DNA from: Dehalococcoidia bacterium
GTDB lineage: Bacteria > Chloroflexota > Dehalococcoidia > UBA2979
Direction: 5' to 3'
DNA length: 64,000 nt
NCBI GenBank assembly: GCA_965219085.1
Contig: OZ244720.1
Location: 1-64,000, forward strand
Made by a program: the position numbers and the translations under genes. The notes beneath the pieces were generated by a model that did not search any database, was not told the DNA's origin, and saw nothing but the letters and a program-made list of their open reading frames with translations. Below are positions 9,063-20,796 of this stretch, piece by piece (the stretch's first letter is position 1; every line of letters starts with the position of its first letter).

Positions 9063-10265
9063 CTACGCGAGCGTGCGGTGGATTTCCGTGGGCGCGTCGT
9101 AGTCGATGCCGTCGACGGAAAAGCCGAAGAGCTGCTCGAAGTAGCGCTGGTAGCTCGCGAAGTCCGTGAGTGCGCCGAGCGATTCGGTCGTCACCTCGGC
9201 CCAGCGGCGGGCCACCTCGGCCTGCACGTCGTCGCGCATCTCGAGGTCGTCGAGGCGGATACGGCCCTCCTCGTCGGTGGACGGCGTCACGCCGGGACCG
9301 ACGTGATCGCGGAACATGCGCCCGATCTGCTCGATGGGGCCCTCGTGGGTGCCCTGCGCCTTCATCACGTCGAACAGCATGCTCATGTAGAGCGGGACGC
9401 CGGGGATGGCGGCCGATGCCTGCGTGACCACGGCCTTGTTGATGCTCACCCACGCCCCGCCGCTGCCCGCCGACAGCTCGGCGCGCAGGCCCGCGGCCGA
9501 CGCCTCGATATCCTCCTTGGCGCGGCCGATCGTGCCGTGGCGGTAGATGGCGTATGAGCCCTCGGGGCCGATGTAACTGAAGGCCACGGTGCGGGCGCCG
9601 TCGGCGAGCACGCCGCCGTCGCGCAGCGCCTCGACCCACAGCCGCCAGTCCTCGCCGCCCATCACCCGCACGGTCGAGGCGATCTCGTCCTCGTCGGCGG
9701 GTTCGATGTGCGCGTCGATGACCTCGCCGCGGCGTAGGTCGATGCTCTTCCCGGTGAACGTCTCGCCGATCGGCTTGAGGACGCTGCGCCACATCGTGTC
9801 GCTGTCGGGGTCCTGCCGCACGGGCGAGGCGAGGCTGTAGACGACGAGGTCGAGTTGCGCGCCGCGCGCCCGCAGGTAGTCGACGACCTGCTGCTTCACC
9901 TCGTGCGAGAAGGCGTCGCCGTTGATGGTGTGCAGCGCGCGGCCCTCGGCGGCGGCGAGGCGGTGCGCCTCGGCGAGGTTGTACCAGCCGGCCGAAGCCG
10001 TCTTGTCCTCCTCGGAGGGCCGTTCGAGGCAGACGCCGACGGTATCGGCGCCGTAGCCGAAGCACGCGCAGAGCGTGCTGGCGAGCCCGTAGCCGGTGCT
10101 CGACCCGACGACGAGGACGTGGCGGAGACCGTCGCCGCCCGCGGCGTCGCCGACCATGGAGCGTGCGACAGCGATCTGCTCGCGCACGTTGGCGGCGCAG
10201 CCGTCGGGGTGCGCGGTCAGCGAGATGAAGCCGCGGATGCGCGGCCGAACGACTTGCTCGGACAT
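9063..10265 (-). CDS. fabV: Trans-2-enoyl-CoA/ACP reductase FabV
   Basis: RGFISLTAHPDGC, GSSTGYGLAS, YSLASP, VMGGEDW, YxxxxxxxxK (YRHGTIGRAK). Confidence 0.93.
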   Translation of the reverse strand: MSEQVVRPRIRGFISLTAHPDGCAANVREQIAVARSMVGDAAGGDGLRHVLVVGSSTGYGLASTLCACFGYGADTVGVCLERPSEEDKTASAGWYNLAEAHRLAAAEGRALHTINGDAFSHEVKQQVVDYLRARGAQLDLVVYSLASPVRQDPDSDTMWRSVLKPIGETFTGKSIDLRRGEVIDAHIEPADEDEIASTVRVMGGEDWRLWVEALRDGGVLADGARTVAFSYIGPEGSYAIYRHGTIGRAKEDIEASAAGLRAELSAGSGGAWVSINKAVVTQASAAIPGVPLYMSMLFDVMKAQGTHEGPIEQIGRMFRDHVGPGVTPSTDEEGRIRLDDLEMRDDVQAEVARRWAEVTTESLGALTDFASYQRYFEQLFGFSVDGIDYDAPTEIHRTLA

Positions 10266-10329
10266 GGCGGGCCTCCTGCGCGTCGGGGTATCGTACGAGG
10301 GTGCGCCGGGGTGGGCGAGAGCGGGCGGG

Positions 10330-10731
10330 TCAGGAGTCGGGCGGCGTGAGGATCTCGCACGTTGGTCCGCTCGCGCGACTGAGCCGGCGGTCGAGGGTCA
10401 CGACCGGGCACCCGAGCCACTCGGCCAAGGCTATGTACCACGCGTCGTAACTCGTCACGTTGTGCCGGAGTTGCCACACGCGCTCGGCGAACGGCGCGAA
10501 CGAATGGAGCTCGACGTTGGCGTCGAGCACGTCGCCGTGTGCAATTGCAGCTTCCGCCGGCGTGATCTCGCCCGCGATCTCCATCCGCCGGAGGATGTTG
10601 CTGCATTCAGCCGGGAGCATCTGCGGCGCCACGAGCCGCTCGCCGGCGATCACGGATTCCGCCCAGAGCCCGTCAGCGTCCGCATGCATGATGGACGCAA
10701 GGAGTGCCGAGGCATCGACAACGACCGTCAC
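10330..10731 (-). CDS. vapC: PIN-domain toxin, VapC family
   Basis: VVVDASALL, YDAWYIALAEWLGCPVVTLDRRL. Confidence 0.92.
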   Translation of the reverse strand: MTVVVDASALLASIMHADADGLWAESVIAGERLVAPQMLPAECSNILRRMEIAGEITPAEAAIAHGDVLDANVELHSFAPFAERVWQLRHNVTSYDAWYIALAEWLGCPVVTLDRRLSRASGPTCEILTPPDS

Positions 10732-10964
10732 CTCTTATCGGCGTCTCGGTAGCGCAGGATGCTCTCGGTCGTCACCCGCGACGTCATGGCCGCCTTGTGA
10801 GCGCGAACCCCCTCGAGCCATTCGTCGATAGATGGCTTCGAGGCGAGATACTTCAATTCGGCGCGCAGGTATTCCTCCATCGACTGATGTTGGCGCGCTG
10901 CACGCGCTTTGAGGATGTCGCGCACCTCTTCGTCGACGTTGCGGATGGTGATCTGAACTCCCAT
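10728..10964 (-). CDS. FitA-like ribbon-helix-helix antitoxin
   Basis: MGVQITIRNVDEEVRDILKARAARQHQSMEEYLR; overlaps the toxin start. Confidence 0.88.
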   Translation of the reverse strand: MGVQITIRNVDEEVRDILKARAARQHQSMEEYLRAELKYLASKPSIDEWLEGVRAHKAAMTSRVTTESILRYRDADKR

Positions 10965-10998
10965 GACAGCAATATGCATGCGCAGACAGCATTCTGCA
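10965..10998 (-). promoter_or_regulatory. Probable antitoxin operator (two 14-bp direct repeats)
   Basis: GACAGCAATATGCA and GACAGCATTCTGCA at 20-bp spacing, directly upstream of the antitoxin ATG. Confidence 0.6.
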
Positions 10999-11038
10999 AG
11001 CAACGCCCTCGACGTGGCGACCGCCCCGGAGCTGGCCG

Positions 11039-12850
11039 CTACTCGCGCAGCTTCAGCACCGCCATGAACGCCTCCTGCGGCACCTCCACCGAGCCCAGCA
11101 TCTTCATCCGCTTCTTGCCCGCCTTCTGCCGCTCGAGGAGCTTGCGCTTGCGCGTCACATCGCCCCCGTAGCACTTCGCCAGCACGTTCTTGCGCAGCGC
11201 CCGCACCGTCTCGCGCGCCACGATGCGGCCGCCGACGGCGGCCTGGATCGGCACGTCGAAGAGCTGGCGCGGGATCAGCTCCTTGAGCGCGCTGCTGAGC
11301 TGCCGGCCCTTCGCCGCCGCGCCCTCGGACTGCACGATCGTCGAGAGCGCATCGACGGGGTCGCCGTTGACGAGGATCTCGAGGCGCAGCACCTTCGTCG
11401 GCTCGTAGCCCTCGAACTGGTAGTCGAGCGAGGCGTAGCCCTGCGTGCGCGCCTTCAGCTGGTCGTAGAAGTCGACGACGATCTCCGACAGCGGCGCGAG
11501 GAACTCGGCCAGCACGCGTGCCTCGCCCTCTTGCGCAGCCTGGTCGAGGTACTGGAGCTGCTGGTAGCGCCCGCGCCGCGAGGTGACAAGCTCCATGATC
11601 TGGCCGAGGTAGCGTGAGGGCACGGTGATCGCCAGCCGCATCCACGGCTCGCGCACCTCGCTGATCTCGTTCGGCACGGGCAGCTCGGCCGGACTGTCAA
11701 CGACGATCTCGCTGCCGTCGGTGCGCGTGACCTCGTACTCCACCGACGGCGCCGTCGCGACGAGTTCGAGCCCGAACTCGCGCTCGAGGCGCTCCTGCAC
11801 GATGTCCATGTGCAGCAGGCCGAGGAAGCCCACGCGGAACCCAAAGCCGAGCGCCACGGAGCTCTCCGGCTGCCACACGAGCGACGCGTCGTTCAGCGTC
11901 AGCCGTTCGAGGGCGTCGCGCAGCAGCTCGTAGTCGTTGGGGTCCGTCGGGTAGATACCGGCGAAGACCATCGGCTTGGCCGGGCGGTAGCCCGGCAGCG
12001 GCTCGGTCGCGCCGTTGCGCTCAGAGGTGACGGTGTCACCGACGCGGCTCTCGCCGACGCTCTTGAGCCCTGTCGCCAGGTAGCCGACCTGTCCGGCGGA
12101 GAGGCGCGGCGCGACCTCGAGGCCCGGGCGGAAGACGCCGACTTCGAGCGGTTCGAAGCGCGTGCTTTGCTGGACGAGCCGCAGCCGCTCCCCGCCGCGG
12201 ACCGTGCCGTCGACGACGCGGACGTATGCCATCACGCCCTTGTACGAGTCGTACTTGGAGTCGAAGACGAGTGCGCGCAGTGGCGCTTCGGGGTCGCCGG
12301 ACGGGGGCGGGATGCGCTCGACGATGGCATCGAGGATGCCATCGATGCCTTCGCCGCTCTTGGCCGACGTGTACAGGATCTGGTCCCGCCCGAAACCGAC
12401 GACGTCGACGAGCGCGCGCGCGACGCGCTCGGGCTCGGCCGCGGGCAGATCGATCTTGTTGACGACCGGGATCAGTTCGAGGTCGAGGTCGAGCGCGGCG
12501 TAGACGTTGGCGAGCGTCTGCGCCTGGATGCCCTGCGCGGCGTCCACCACCAGCACGGCCCCCTCGCACGCGGCGAGCGCGCGTGAGACCTCGTACGCGA
12601 AGTCGACGTGACCCGGGGTGTCGATGAGGTTGAGTTCGTAGTCGAGGCCGTCGGCGGCGCGGTACTCCATGCGCACGGCCTGGGCCTTGATGGTGATGCC
12701 CTTCTCGCGCTCGAGATCCATCGAGTCGAGGAGTTGCTCGCGCATGTCGCGACTGGTGACCGCGCCGGTGCGCTCCAGCATGCGGTCGGCAAGCGTCGAC
12801 TTGCCGTGGTCGATGTGGGCGATGATGGAGAAGTTGCGTATGTGCTGCAC
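11039..12850 (-). CDS. lepA: Elongation factor 4 (LepA)
   Basis: [42 protein letters not shown]. Confidence 0.98.
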   Translation of the reverse strand: MQHIRNFSIIAHIDHGKSTLADRMLERTGAVTSRDMREQLLDSMDLEREKGITIKAQAVRMEYRAADGLDYELNLIDTPGHVDFAYEVSRALAACEGAVLVVDAAQGIQAQTLANVYAALDLDLELIPVVNKIDLPAAEPERVARALVDVVGFGRDQILYTSAKSGEGIDGILDAIVERIPPPSGDPEAPLRALVFDSKYDSYKGVMAYVRVVDGTVRGGERLRLVQQSTRFEPLEVGVFRPGLEVAPRLSAGQVGYLATGLKSVGESRVGDTVTSERNGATEPLPGYRPAKPMVFAGIYPTDPNDYELLRDALERLTLNDASLVWQPESSVALGFGFRVGFLGLLHMDIVQERLEREFGLELVATAPSVEYEVTRTDGSEIVVDSPAELPVPNEISEVREPWMRLAITVPSRYLGQIMELVTSRRGRYQQLQYLDQAAQEGEARVLAEFLAPLSEIVVDFYDQLKARTQGYASLDYQFEGYEPTKVLRLEILVNGDPVDALSTIVQSEGAAAKGRQLSSALKELIPRQLFDVPIQAAVGGRIVARETVRALRKNVLAKCYGGDVTRKRKLLERQKAGKKRMKMLGSVEVPQEAFMAVLKLRE

Positions 12851-12966
12851 GCGATCATCGTAGCCGTGCGTGAGGTCGAGTTGTACCGTGGGTTGGGAGA
12901 GACGGGACCGTGGGCGACGAGCTGGCCTTGGGGGTTCGCGCGAAGACGGCGATGTGAGGAGATCTG

Positions 12967-13851
12967 GTGCGCCGATTTGATCCCGGCACCGTGTTTATCT
13001 CGCACGCCTCGATCGATAGGGAGTTCGCGGGCCGCCTCGACGCTGATTTGCGTGGAGCTGGCTTCGAGACTTGGCTTGACCAACGTGACTTGCATGCTGG
13101 AGATCGGCTCACAGCCAGCCTCTCTGGAGCAATTGGTAGTGCCCGCGCAATGATCGCCGTGATTTCGCCGTCGACGCGTTCGGCTAGGTGGATGAGGCGA
13201 GAGCTTGAACAAGCCTCTCACCGGATGGTCGAAGATCACGAGTTCAAGGTAATTCCGGTGCTCATTGCGGACGCTGAAGTACCTGAGACCCTCCGAGATC
13301 TGGTCTATGCGGACTTCCGCACTGATTATGCGCTGGGCATGGACGCGGTACTGTCTTCACTACGCGAGCTCTTTAGGGACAATCGGTACTACAAGGACCG
13401 GGCCCGGCAAGATCGCATGACTGGCTATCTCCGCGAGGTCTTCGGAGGCTTCAGTTCCGCCATCGCTCTCGGAGGGTATGGCATTCCGGACCTAGACATA
13501 GTGCACGTAGCCCGTCCGGCCGGCGCACGCGTGCCAGAGTTCGACCCACCCGACGACCCGTGCGACGTGGCAGTCGAGATCGATCCGGGTGAAATCGACG
13601 CTCTTTGGATCGAGGGGTTCACATCGGCATGGGACCACTACGGGGCCCGAGCCGGGCTGCTGATCATAGACGAACCTCCCGCAACCACGTCTCTCGAACC
13701 AATTGCCGCCGGGGTCTTCGCCAACACGCGCTCGCGGTACGGGTTCATCTGCGCCGTCCTAGTCGAGCCTGAATCCCGCGACGGCGCGGCACGGGACAGG
13801 CTCGAGATTGCTCGTACCACCCTTCAGGAGCACATCTGGCCAGACCGCTAG
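12967..13851 (+). CDS. TIR-domain protein with uncharacterised C-terminal domain
   Basis: [33 protein letters not shown]; lower GC than flanks. Confidence 0.85.
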   Translation: MRRFDPGTVFISHASIDREFAGRLDADLRGAGFETWLDQRDLHAGDRLTASLSGAIGSARAMIAVISPSTRSARWMRRELEQASHRMVEDHEFKVIPVLIADAEVPETLRDLVYADFRTDYALGMDAVLSSLRELFRDNRYYKDRARQDRMTGYLREVFGGFSSAIALGGYGIPDLDIVHVARPAGARVPEFDPPDDPCDVAVEIDPGEIDALWIEGFTSAWDHYGARAGLLIIDEPPATTSLEPIAAGVFANTRSRYGFICAVLVEPESRDGAARDRLEIARTTLQEHIWPDR

Positions 13852-13901
13852 CGACGACTCAAGGCACGCGGGCTACCGAGACCTGCAACCTCGCGATGCA
13901 G

Positions 13902-13925
13902 CGAGGGCGGGTTGCCCCGCCCTCG
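13902..13925. terminator. Hairpin between convergent TIR and oppF genes
   Basis: CGAGGGCGGG-TTGC-CCCGCCCTCG. Confidence 0.6.
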
Positions 13926-13950
13926 TGGTTCGTGTTCGCGGACCCCGCCG

Positions 13951-14946
<996 letters not shown>

Positions 14947-15000
14947 GGCAGTCCCCTCGTCCCGTGCAACTTCGGCTCAGGCTTGTTCTCCGTGTCTTCG

Positions 15001-16029
15001 CTACCCGCCCAGCAGGCCGACGACGCCCTCGTTCACGCCGCGCGTGCGCGCGTCCACGGTCGGGTTGCGCCAGCACCTGGCCCAGTGACGCTCTTCCTTG
15101 AGTTCGAGCTCCGGCTGCTCGGTGCGGCACTGGTCGATTGCCCAGTCGCAGCGCGCCTCGAACGAGCAGCCCGGGATCGGGTTGATGAGCAGCGGCGGCT
15201 GACCCTCGATCGCGTCGAGCCGGATGTGCTCGGTCGCGTCGAGGCGCGGCACCGAGGCCATGAGGCCATAGGTGTACGGGTGCCGCGGGTTCTTGAAGAT
15301 GTCGATCGTCGAGCCGGACTCGACGATCTGGCCCGCGTACATCACGTTCACGCGGTCGGCGTAGCGCGAAACCACGCCGAGGTTGTGGGTGATGATCACG
15401 ACCGCGGTGCCGAGGTCGCGCGACAGCTGGGCCATCAGCTCCAGGATCTGGGCCTGAATGGTCACGTCGAGCGCCGTGGTCGGCTCGTCCGCCAGCAGCA
15501 GCTTCGGGTTACAGGACAGCGCCATCGCGATCATCACGCGCTGGCGCATCCCGCCCGAGAACTGGTGCGGGTAGTCGTCGAGGCGGGCGCCCGCCTCGGG
15601 GATGCCGACGAGCTCGAGCAGCTCGACGGCGCGTGCCCGCGCCTCGGGCCGTTCGAGGCCGAGGTGCAGTGTGATCGCCTCGGTCAGCTGGTTGCCGATG
15701 GTCAGCACCGGGTTGAGCGAGGTCATCGGCTCCTGGAAGACCATCGCGATGCGGTTGCCGCGGATGTCGCGCATCTCGGCGTCGCTGACCTCGAGCAGGT
15801 CCTCGCCCTCGAACAGGATCTCGCCTTCGACGATCCGTCCCGGCGGGCGCGGGATCAGGCGCAGGATCGAGAGCGCCGACACGGACTTGCCGCACCCCGA
15901 CTCACCGACGAGGCCGAGCGTCTCGCCCTCGTCGAGGTCCCACGAGACCCCATCTACGGCGCGGACGACGCCTTCTTCGGTGTAGAAGTACGTGCGGAGG
16001 TTCTTGATCTCAAGCAGTTTCTCGCTCAC
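15001..16029 (-). CDS. oppD: Oligopeptide/dipeptide ABC transporter ATPase (OppD-like)
   Basis: [30 protein letters not shown]. Confidence 0.9.
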   Translation of the reverse strand: MSEKLLEIKNLRTYFYTEEGVVRAVDGVSWDLDEGETLGLVGESGCGKSVSALSILRLIPRPPGRIVEGEILFEGEDLLEVSDAEMRDIRGNRIAMVFQEPMTSLNPVLTIGNQLTEAITLHLGLERPEARARAVELLELVGIPEAGARLDDYPHQFSGGMRQRVMIAMALSCNPKLLLADEPTTALDVTIQAQILELMAQLSRDLGTAVVIITHNLGVVSRYADRVNVMYAGQIVESGSTIDIFKNPRHPYTYGLMASVPRLDATEHIRLDAIEGQPPLLINPIPGCSFEARCDWAIDQCRTEQPELELKEERHWARCWRNPTVDARTRGVNEGVVGLLGG

Positions 16030-16078
16030 TTGCGGCGGCCCTCCTGCGGCCGAGGAGATCGGGGCTGTCAGGCCCTCG

Positions 16079-16163
16079 TGGTGGGGAAGAGGAGACTCGA
16101 ACTCCTACGCCTTGCGGCACATGATCCTAAATCATGCTCGTCTACCAGTTCCGACACTTCCCC
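16079..16163 (-). tRNA. tRNA-Leu (anticodon UAG)
   Basis: Cloverleaf with long variable arm, anticodon loop TT-TAG-GA, GTTCGA T-loop, encoded CCA. Confidence 0.95.
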
Positions 16164-16238
16164 TCGGCGGCGTACGGCGCGGGATTATAGACCATCCCGC
16201 CACGGGTACGAAATCGCCCCGCCCTCTCTTCGCTAAAC

Positions 16239-16313
16239 TGGTGAGCCCCCAGGGATTCGAACCCTGAACCGGCTGATTAAGAGTCAGCTGCTCTGCCATT
16301 GAGCTAGAGGCCC
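16239..16313 (-). tRNA. tRNA-Lys (anticodon CUU)
   Basis: GGGCCTCTAGCTCAATGG...CT-CTT-AA...GTTCGAATCC...CCA. Confidence 0.95.
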
Positions 16314-16459
16314 GCCACAACATACCAGACCCCAGCCCGACGCGAGCGTCTATTGCAGGCGTTGTACGCGCAGGTCCAGGCTGAAGTCGTCGCGCTCACC
16401 GTGGCCCGGGCATACGCGACGCCCGGCCCCGACGAGGCCGCTCGGGGTCGCTGGGCGCG

Positions 16460-16489
16460 TTGACGCGCGGATCAGCGCGGCGCTACGCT
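16460..16489 (+). promoter_or_regulatory. Sigma70-type promoter for tRNA-Val
   Basis: TTGACG-18 bp-TACGCT. Confidence 0.55.
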
Positions 16490-16538
16490 CGATTTCCGGA
16501 TCGCACGCCCCACGCGGCGGGCCGTTCGCACCGGCTCC

Positions 16539-16615
16539 GGGCGGTTAGCTCAGATGGCTAGAGCGCTGCGTTGACATCGCAGAGGTCACTGGTTCGAATC
16601 CAGTATCGCCCACCA
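16539..16615 (+). tRNA. tRNA-Val (anticodon GAC)
   Basis: GGGCGGTTAGCTCAG...TT-GAC-AT...GTTCGAATCC...CCA. Confidence 0.96.
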
Positions 16616-16722
16616 GCCCCCACACTCGACGGCCCTCGCTCATCTGTCCCCATACCCGCACGTGGGCCATGCTATGCGTGGCGCGCCGCCCCGCAGCGAG
16701 GGCGCCGCCACGGGGAGGCGAG

Positions 16723-18546
16723 ATGACCACGGCGAGCCAGGAGGCGGGGCAGGACGAGGGTCGGCGCGACGAAGCACCCCTCGAGACGCTGACCGCGGAA
16801 GAGCGCCTCTTCCGCATGCGCCACTCCGCCGCGCACGTGCTCGCCGAGGCCGTGATCGAGATGTTCCCCGAGGCCAAGTACGCCATCGGCCCGCCGATCG
16901 AGCATGGCTTCTACTACGACTTCGAGTTGCCTCGCCCGCTCACGCCCGAAGACCTCACGCGCCTTGAGCGGCGCATGCGCGGCACGGTGCATCGCGACGT
17001 GCCGATCGAGGGCCGCTGGATCCCCAAGGACGAGGCGCGCGCGATCTTCGCCGACCAGCCCTACAAGCTCGAAATGATCGACGAGATCGAGGACGAGACC
17101 GTCGGCCACTTCCGCCACGCCGAGTTCGACGACCTCTGCCGCGGCGGACACACCGACCGCACCGGGCAGATCGGCGCATTCTCGCTCACGCACTCGGCGG
17201 GCGCGTACTGGCGCGGCGACGAGCGCCGCCCGATGCTGCAACGCATCTACGGCGCGCTCTTCCCCACGCAGGAGGAGCTCGACGCGTGGCTGAAGGCACG
17301 CGAGGAGGCCGAGCGGCGCGACCACCGCCGCCTCGGCCGCGAGCTCGAGCTGTTCACGTCGAGCGAGCTCGTCGGGCAGGGCCTGCCGACGCTGCTGCCG
17401 AAGGGCGCGACGATCCGGCGGCTGCTGGAGGACTGGGTGCTCGGCCTCGAACGCCGCGCCGGCTACCAGCACGTCTACTCGCCGGTGCTCGGCAAGGTCG
17501 ACCTCTACAAGCGCTCGGGGCACTGGGAGCACTACCAGGACGACATGTTCCCGCCAATGCAGCTGGAGCACGACGAGCTGGTGCTGCGGCCGATGAACTG
17601 CCCGCACCACATCCTCGCCTACGAGACGCAGCTCCACTCCTACCGCGACCTGCCGCTGCGCATCGCCGAGTTCGGCACGATGTACCGCTTCGAGCGCTCA
17701 GGCGTCGTCGGCGGGCTGAGCCGCGTGCGTGCGATGTCGCTCAACGACGCACACATCTTCTGCACGCCGGACCAGATCAAGTCCGAGTTCGCCGGCGTCA
17801 TGCGGCTGGTCGAGGAGGTCTACGCGGTCCTCGGCATCACCGAGTACTCGTACCGCCTCTCCGTGCACGATCCCGGAGACACCGAGAAGTTCGTCGACAA
17901 CGACGCGATGTGGGAGCTCGGCGAGCGCGTGCTCAGCGAGGCGATGGACGAACTCGCCCTCGACTACACGACCGCCGAGGGCGAGGCGGCGTTCTACGGC
18001 CCGAAGCTCGACATCCAGATCCGCGACATGCTCGGGCGCGAGGAGACGATGTCGACGATCCAGGTCGACTTCCACCTCCCGGAGCAGTTCGAGCTGCGCT
18101 ACATCGGCGAGGACGGCGCGGAGCACCGCCCGGTGATCGTGCATCGCGGCGTGCTCGGCACGGTCGAGCGGATGATGGCGTACCTGATCGAGCTCTACGC
18201 GGGCGCCTTCCCCGTCTGGCTCGCGCCGGTACAGGCGACCGTCATCCCGATCGCCGACCGCCACCTGGACCATGCACGCGAGGTGCGCGACGCGCTGCTC
18301 GCGCTCGACCTGCGCGTCGAGGTGGACGACGGCGGCGACCGCATGGGCGCGAAGATCCGCAAGGCGCAGCTCCAGAAGGTGCCGTACATGCTCGTCGTCG
18401 GGGACCGCGAGGCGGAGGCGAATACGGTCTCGCTGCGCCACCGCGCGCTCGGCGACCTCGGCGCCACGCCGCTCGATGCGGCGGTCGCGCGCATCGCGGG
18501 CGAGCGCGACGCGAAGTCGCTGGATCCGGAACCTGAGACGGAGTAG
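16723..18546 (+). CDS. thrS: Threonyl-tRNA synthetase
   Basis: MRHSAAHVLAEA, DLCRGGH, LRPMNCPHH, AAFYGPKLD. Confidence 0.97.
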   Translation: MTTASQEAGQDEGRRDEAPLETLTAEERLFRMRHSAAHVLAEAVIEMFPEAKYAIGPPIEHGFYYDFELPRPLTPEDLTRLERRMRGTVHRDVPIEGRWIPKDEARAIFADQPYKLEMIDEIEDETVGHFRHAEFDDLCRGGHTDRTGQIGAFSLTHSAGAYWRGDERRPMLQRIYGALFPTQEELDAWLKAREEAERRDHRRLGRELELFTSSELVGQGLPTLLPKGATIRRLLEDWVLGLERRAGYQHVYSPVLGKVDLYKRSGHWEHYQDDMFPPMQLEHDELVLRPMNCPHHILAYETQLHSYRDLPLRIAEFGTMYRFERSGVVGGLSRVRAMSLNDAHIFCTPDQIKSEFAGVMRLVEEVYAVLGITEYSYRLSVHDPGDTEKFVDNDAMWELGERVLSEAMDELALDYTTAEGEAAFYGPKLDIQIRDMLGREETMSTIQVDFHLPEQFELRYIGEDGAEHRPVIVHRGVLGTVERMMAYLIELYAGAFPVWLAPVQATVIPIADRHLDHAREVRDALLALDLRVEVDDGGDRMGAKIRKAQLQKVPYMLVVGDREAEANTVSLRHRALGDLGATPLDAAVARIAGERDAKSLDPEPETE

Positions 18547-18628
18547 CGGCTTCCGTCTTGCCGCCTCGCCGCTGTCATGACAGGCTAGCGCGCGCCAAGC
18601 CGACGAGTTGAGTGGTCGAGGCCTGACG

Positions 18629-20182
18629 ATGCCCAAGCGCGTGCTGTTGGCGAACCGTGGCGAGATCGCGCTGCGCGTGCAGCGCACGTGCCGCGAACTC
18701 GGCATCGAGACCGTCGCTGTCTACTCCGAGCCGGACCGCAACGCCCTGCACGTTCGCCAAGCCGACGCCGCAGTCGCCATCGGACCGGGCCCGGCCACCG
18801 AGTCCTACCTCCTCATCGACCGCATCATCGAGGCGGCGAAGCACACGGGCGCAGACGCCGTGCACCCCGGCTACGGCTTCCTCTCCGAGAACGCCGCGTT
18901 CGCCGAGGCCTGCGAGGCCAACGGCATCACCTTCATCGGCCCGCCCGCATCGGCGATGCGGGCCATGGGCGACAAGGTGGCGGCGCGGCGGCTCATGGCC
19001 GACGCCGGTGTCCCCATCGTCCCCGGCGCCAACGACATCGACCCCGCCAACGGCGCGGCCGCGCGCGCCGAGGCCGAGCGCGTCGGCTTCCCGCTCATGG
19101 TGAAGGCCGCGGGAGGCGGCGGCGGGCGTGGCATCCGCGTGGTCGAGCAGCTCGACGACCTCGACGACGCGATGCGGCTCTCCAGCTCCGAGGCCGCGGC
19201 CGCATTCGGCAACGCGGCGGTCTTCCTCGAGCGCTACGTCTCGCCCGCACGTCACATCGAGGTGCAGGTGATGGCCGACGCGCACGGCAACGCGCGCGCC
19301 TTCGGCGAGCGCGAGTGCTCCGTGCAGCGCCGCCACCAGAAGCTGCTCGAGGAGGCCCCCTCGGTCGCCGTCGACCCGGACCTGCGCGCGCAGCTGAGTG
19401 AGGCGGCGACGGCAGCCGCGCTCAGCTGCGGCTACCGCAACGCCGGCACCGTCGAGTTCCTGCTCGAGGCAAGCGGCGAGTTCTACTTCCTCGAGATGAA
19501 CGCCCGCCTCCAGGTGGAGCATCCGGTCACCGAGCTCGTCTACGGTGTGGACCTCGTCGCGCTGCAGCTCGCCATCGCGGACGGCCAGCCGCTGCCGCCG
19601 GGCCCCGCGGGCCCGCCCGAGCCCAACGGCTGGGCCATCGAGTGCCGCATCAACGCCGAGGACCCCCACGCCAACTTCGCCCCCTCGTTCGGGCTCGTCG
19701 AGCACGTCGACATGCCGCAGGGCCCGGGCGTCCGCTTCGACTCGATGCTGTACCCGGGCCTGGACGTCCCGGTGTTCTACGACTCGCTGCTCGGCAAGCT
19801 GATCGTCTGGGCCGAGGACCGGCCGGCGGCGATCGCGCGCATGCGGCGCGCGCTGCAGGACCTGCTGGTCGCGGGCATCGACACGAACACGTCCTTCCAC
19901 CTCGCACTCCTCGATGACCCCGACTTCGTTGCCGGCAACGTGGACACGGGCTGGCTCGAGCGCGACTTCACCATGCCCCCGCCGGCCGACGACGGCCGCG
20001 AGGTGACGGCGCTGATCGCCGCCGCGCTGGCCGCTGAGATGGGTGGCCGTGGCGACGGAGCAGCCCCGGCGGGAGGACCCTCCGCCGCCGACATGTGGGC
20101 GCGCGTCGCGCGCGCCGACGCCATGAACACGCGGGTGCAGCACACGGCAGAGCGCGGATGGCGAAGCGGCATCGGTTCCTGA
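18629..20182 (+). CDS. accC: Biotin carboxylase subunit of an acyl-CoA carboxylase
   Basis: ANRGEIA, HPGYGFLSEN, GGGGRGIR, ECSVQRRHQK, EMNARLQVEH. Confidence 0.92.
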   Translation: MPKRVLLANRGEIALRVQRTCRELGIETVAVYSEPDRNALHVRQADAAVAIGPGPATESYLLIDRIIEAAKHTGADAVHPGYGFLSENAAFAEACEANGITFIGPPASAMRAMGDKVAARRLMADAGVPIVPGANDIDPANGAAARAEAERVGFPLMVKAAGGGGGRGIRVVEQLDDLDDAMRLSSSEAAAAFGNAAVFLERYVSPARHIEVQVMADAHGNARAFGERECSVQRRHQKLLEEAPSVAVDPDLRAQLSEAATAAALSCGYRNAGTVEFLLEASGEFYFLEMNARLQVEHPVTELVYGVDLVALQLAIADGQPLPPGPAGPPEPNGWAIECRINAEDPHANFAPSFGLVEHVDMPQGPGVRFDSMLYPGLDVPVFYDSLLGKLIVWAEDRPAAIARMRRALQDLLVAGIDTNTSFHLALLDDPDFVAGNVDTGWLERDFTMPPPADDGREVTALIAAALAAEMGGRGDGAAPAGGPSAADMWARVARADAMNTRVQHTAERGWRSGIGS

Positions 20183-20676
20183 TCGGCGAGGAGGAGCGCT
20201 CCGTCGAGGTCGACCAGACCCCCGACGGCGTGACCGTCACCCTCGACGAGGGTGACGCGCTGAGCATCGACGTCCTCGAAGTGCAGATTCCGGGCATCGT
20301 GTCGTTCTTCGTCGGCGGCCGGCAGCAGCGCGCGTACGTCGCGCGCCGCGGCGGCGGGTACGAGGTGACGATCGGCGAGCGCCGCTTCACCATCGAGACG
20401 GCGAGCGCGCGTCGCGGCAGGCACGTGGTCGGCGGCGCCGACGATGTGCCGGGCCAGATCACAGCGCCTCTCGCCGGTGTCGTCGTCGAGGTGCGGGTCG
20501 CAGTGGGCGACAGCCTCGAAGCCGGGACGACCGTGCTGGTGCTCGAGGCGATGAAGATGCAGAACGAGGTCCAGATCCCGCGCGACGGCACGATCACGGC
20601 TATCCACGCCGAGCAGGGCGCGAACGTGGACAAGGGCGCGCTGCTCGTCGAGTACGAGGCCGCCGAGGAGGAGTAA
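20158..20676 (+). CDS. Biotin carboxyl carrier protein
   Basis: EAMKMQNEV biotinylation motif. Confidence 0.88.
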   Translation: MAKRHRFLIGEEERSVEVDQTPDGVTVTLDEGDALSIDVLEVQIPGIVSFFVGGRQQRAYVARRGGGYEVTIGERRFTIETASARRGRHVVGGADDVPGQITAPLAGVVVEVRVAVGDSLEAGTTVLVLEAMKMQNEVQIPRDGTITAIHAEQGANVDKGALLVEYEAAEEE

Positions 20677-20796
20677 CGGACCGCGTCGCCCGCGACGTAA
20701 TCGGGGACTCCTCGTTGTGAGGGCAGATCGGGCGGTGCTACAATCGCTGCCCGCGGCGCGGACGCGCTGAACGGGAGACGACGAGGAGCGAAACCG

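Noticed and set aside
10266-11038. Terminus duplication around the FitA-VapC cassette (also looked for around the TIR, TIGR02391 and AbrB-VapC inserts)
   Set aside because: No convincing duplicate found by eye, so the pattern is not universal in this window
16079-16615. tRNA-targeted genomic island
   Set aside because: No duplicated tRNA 3' end or integrase found; flanks are housekeeping genes
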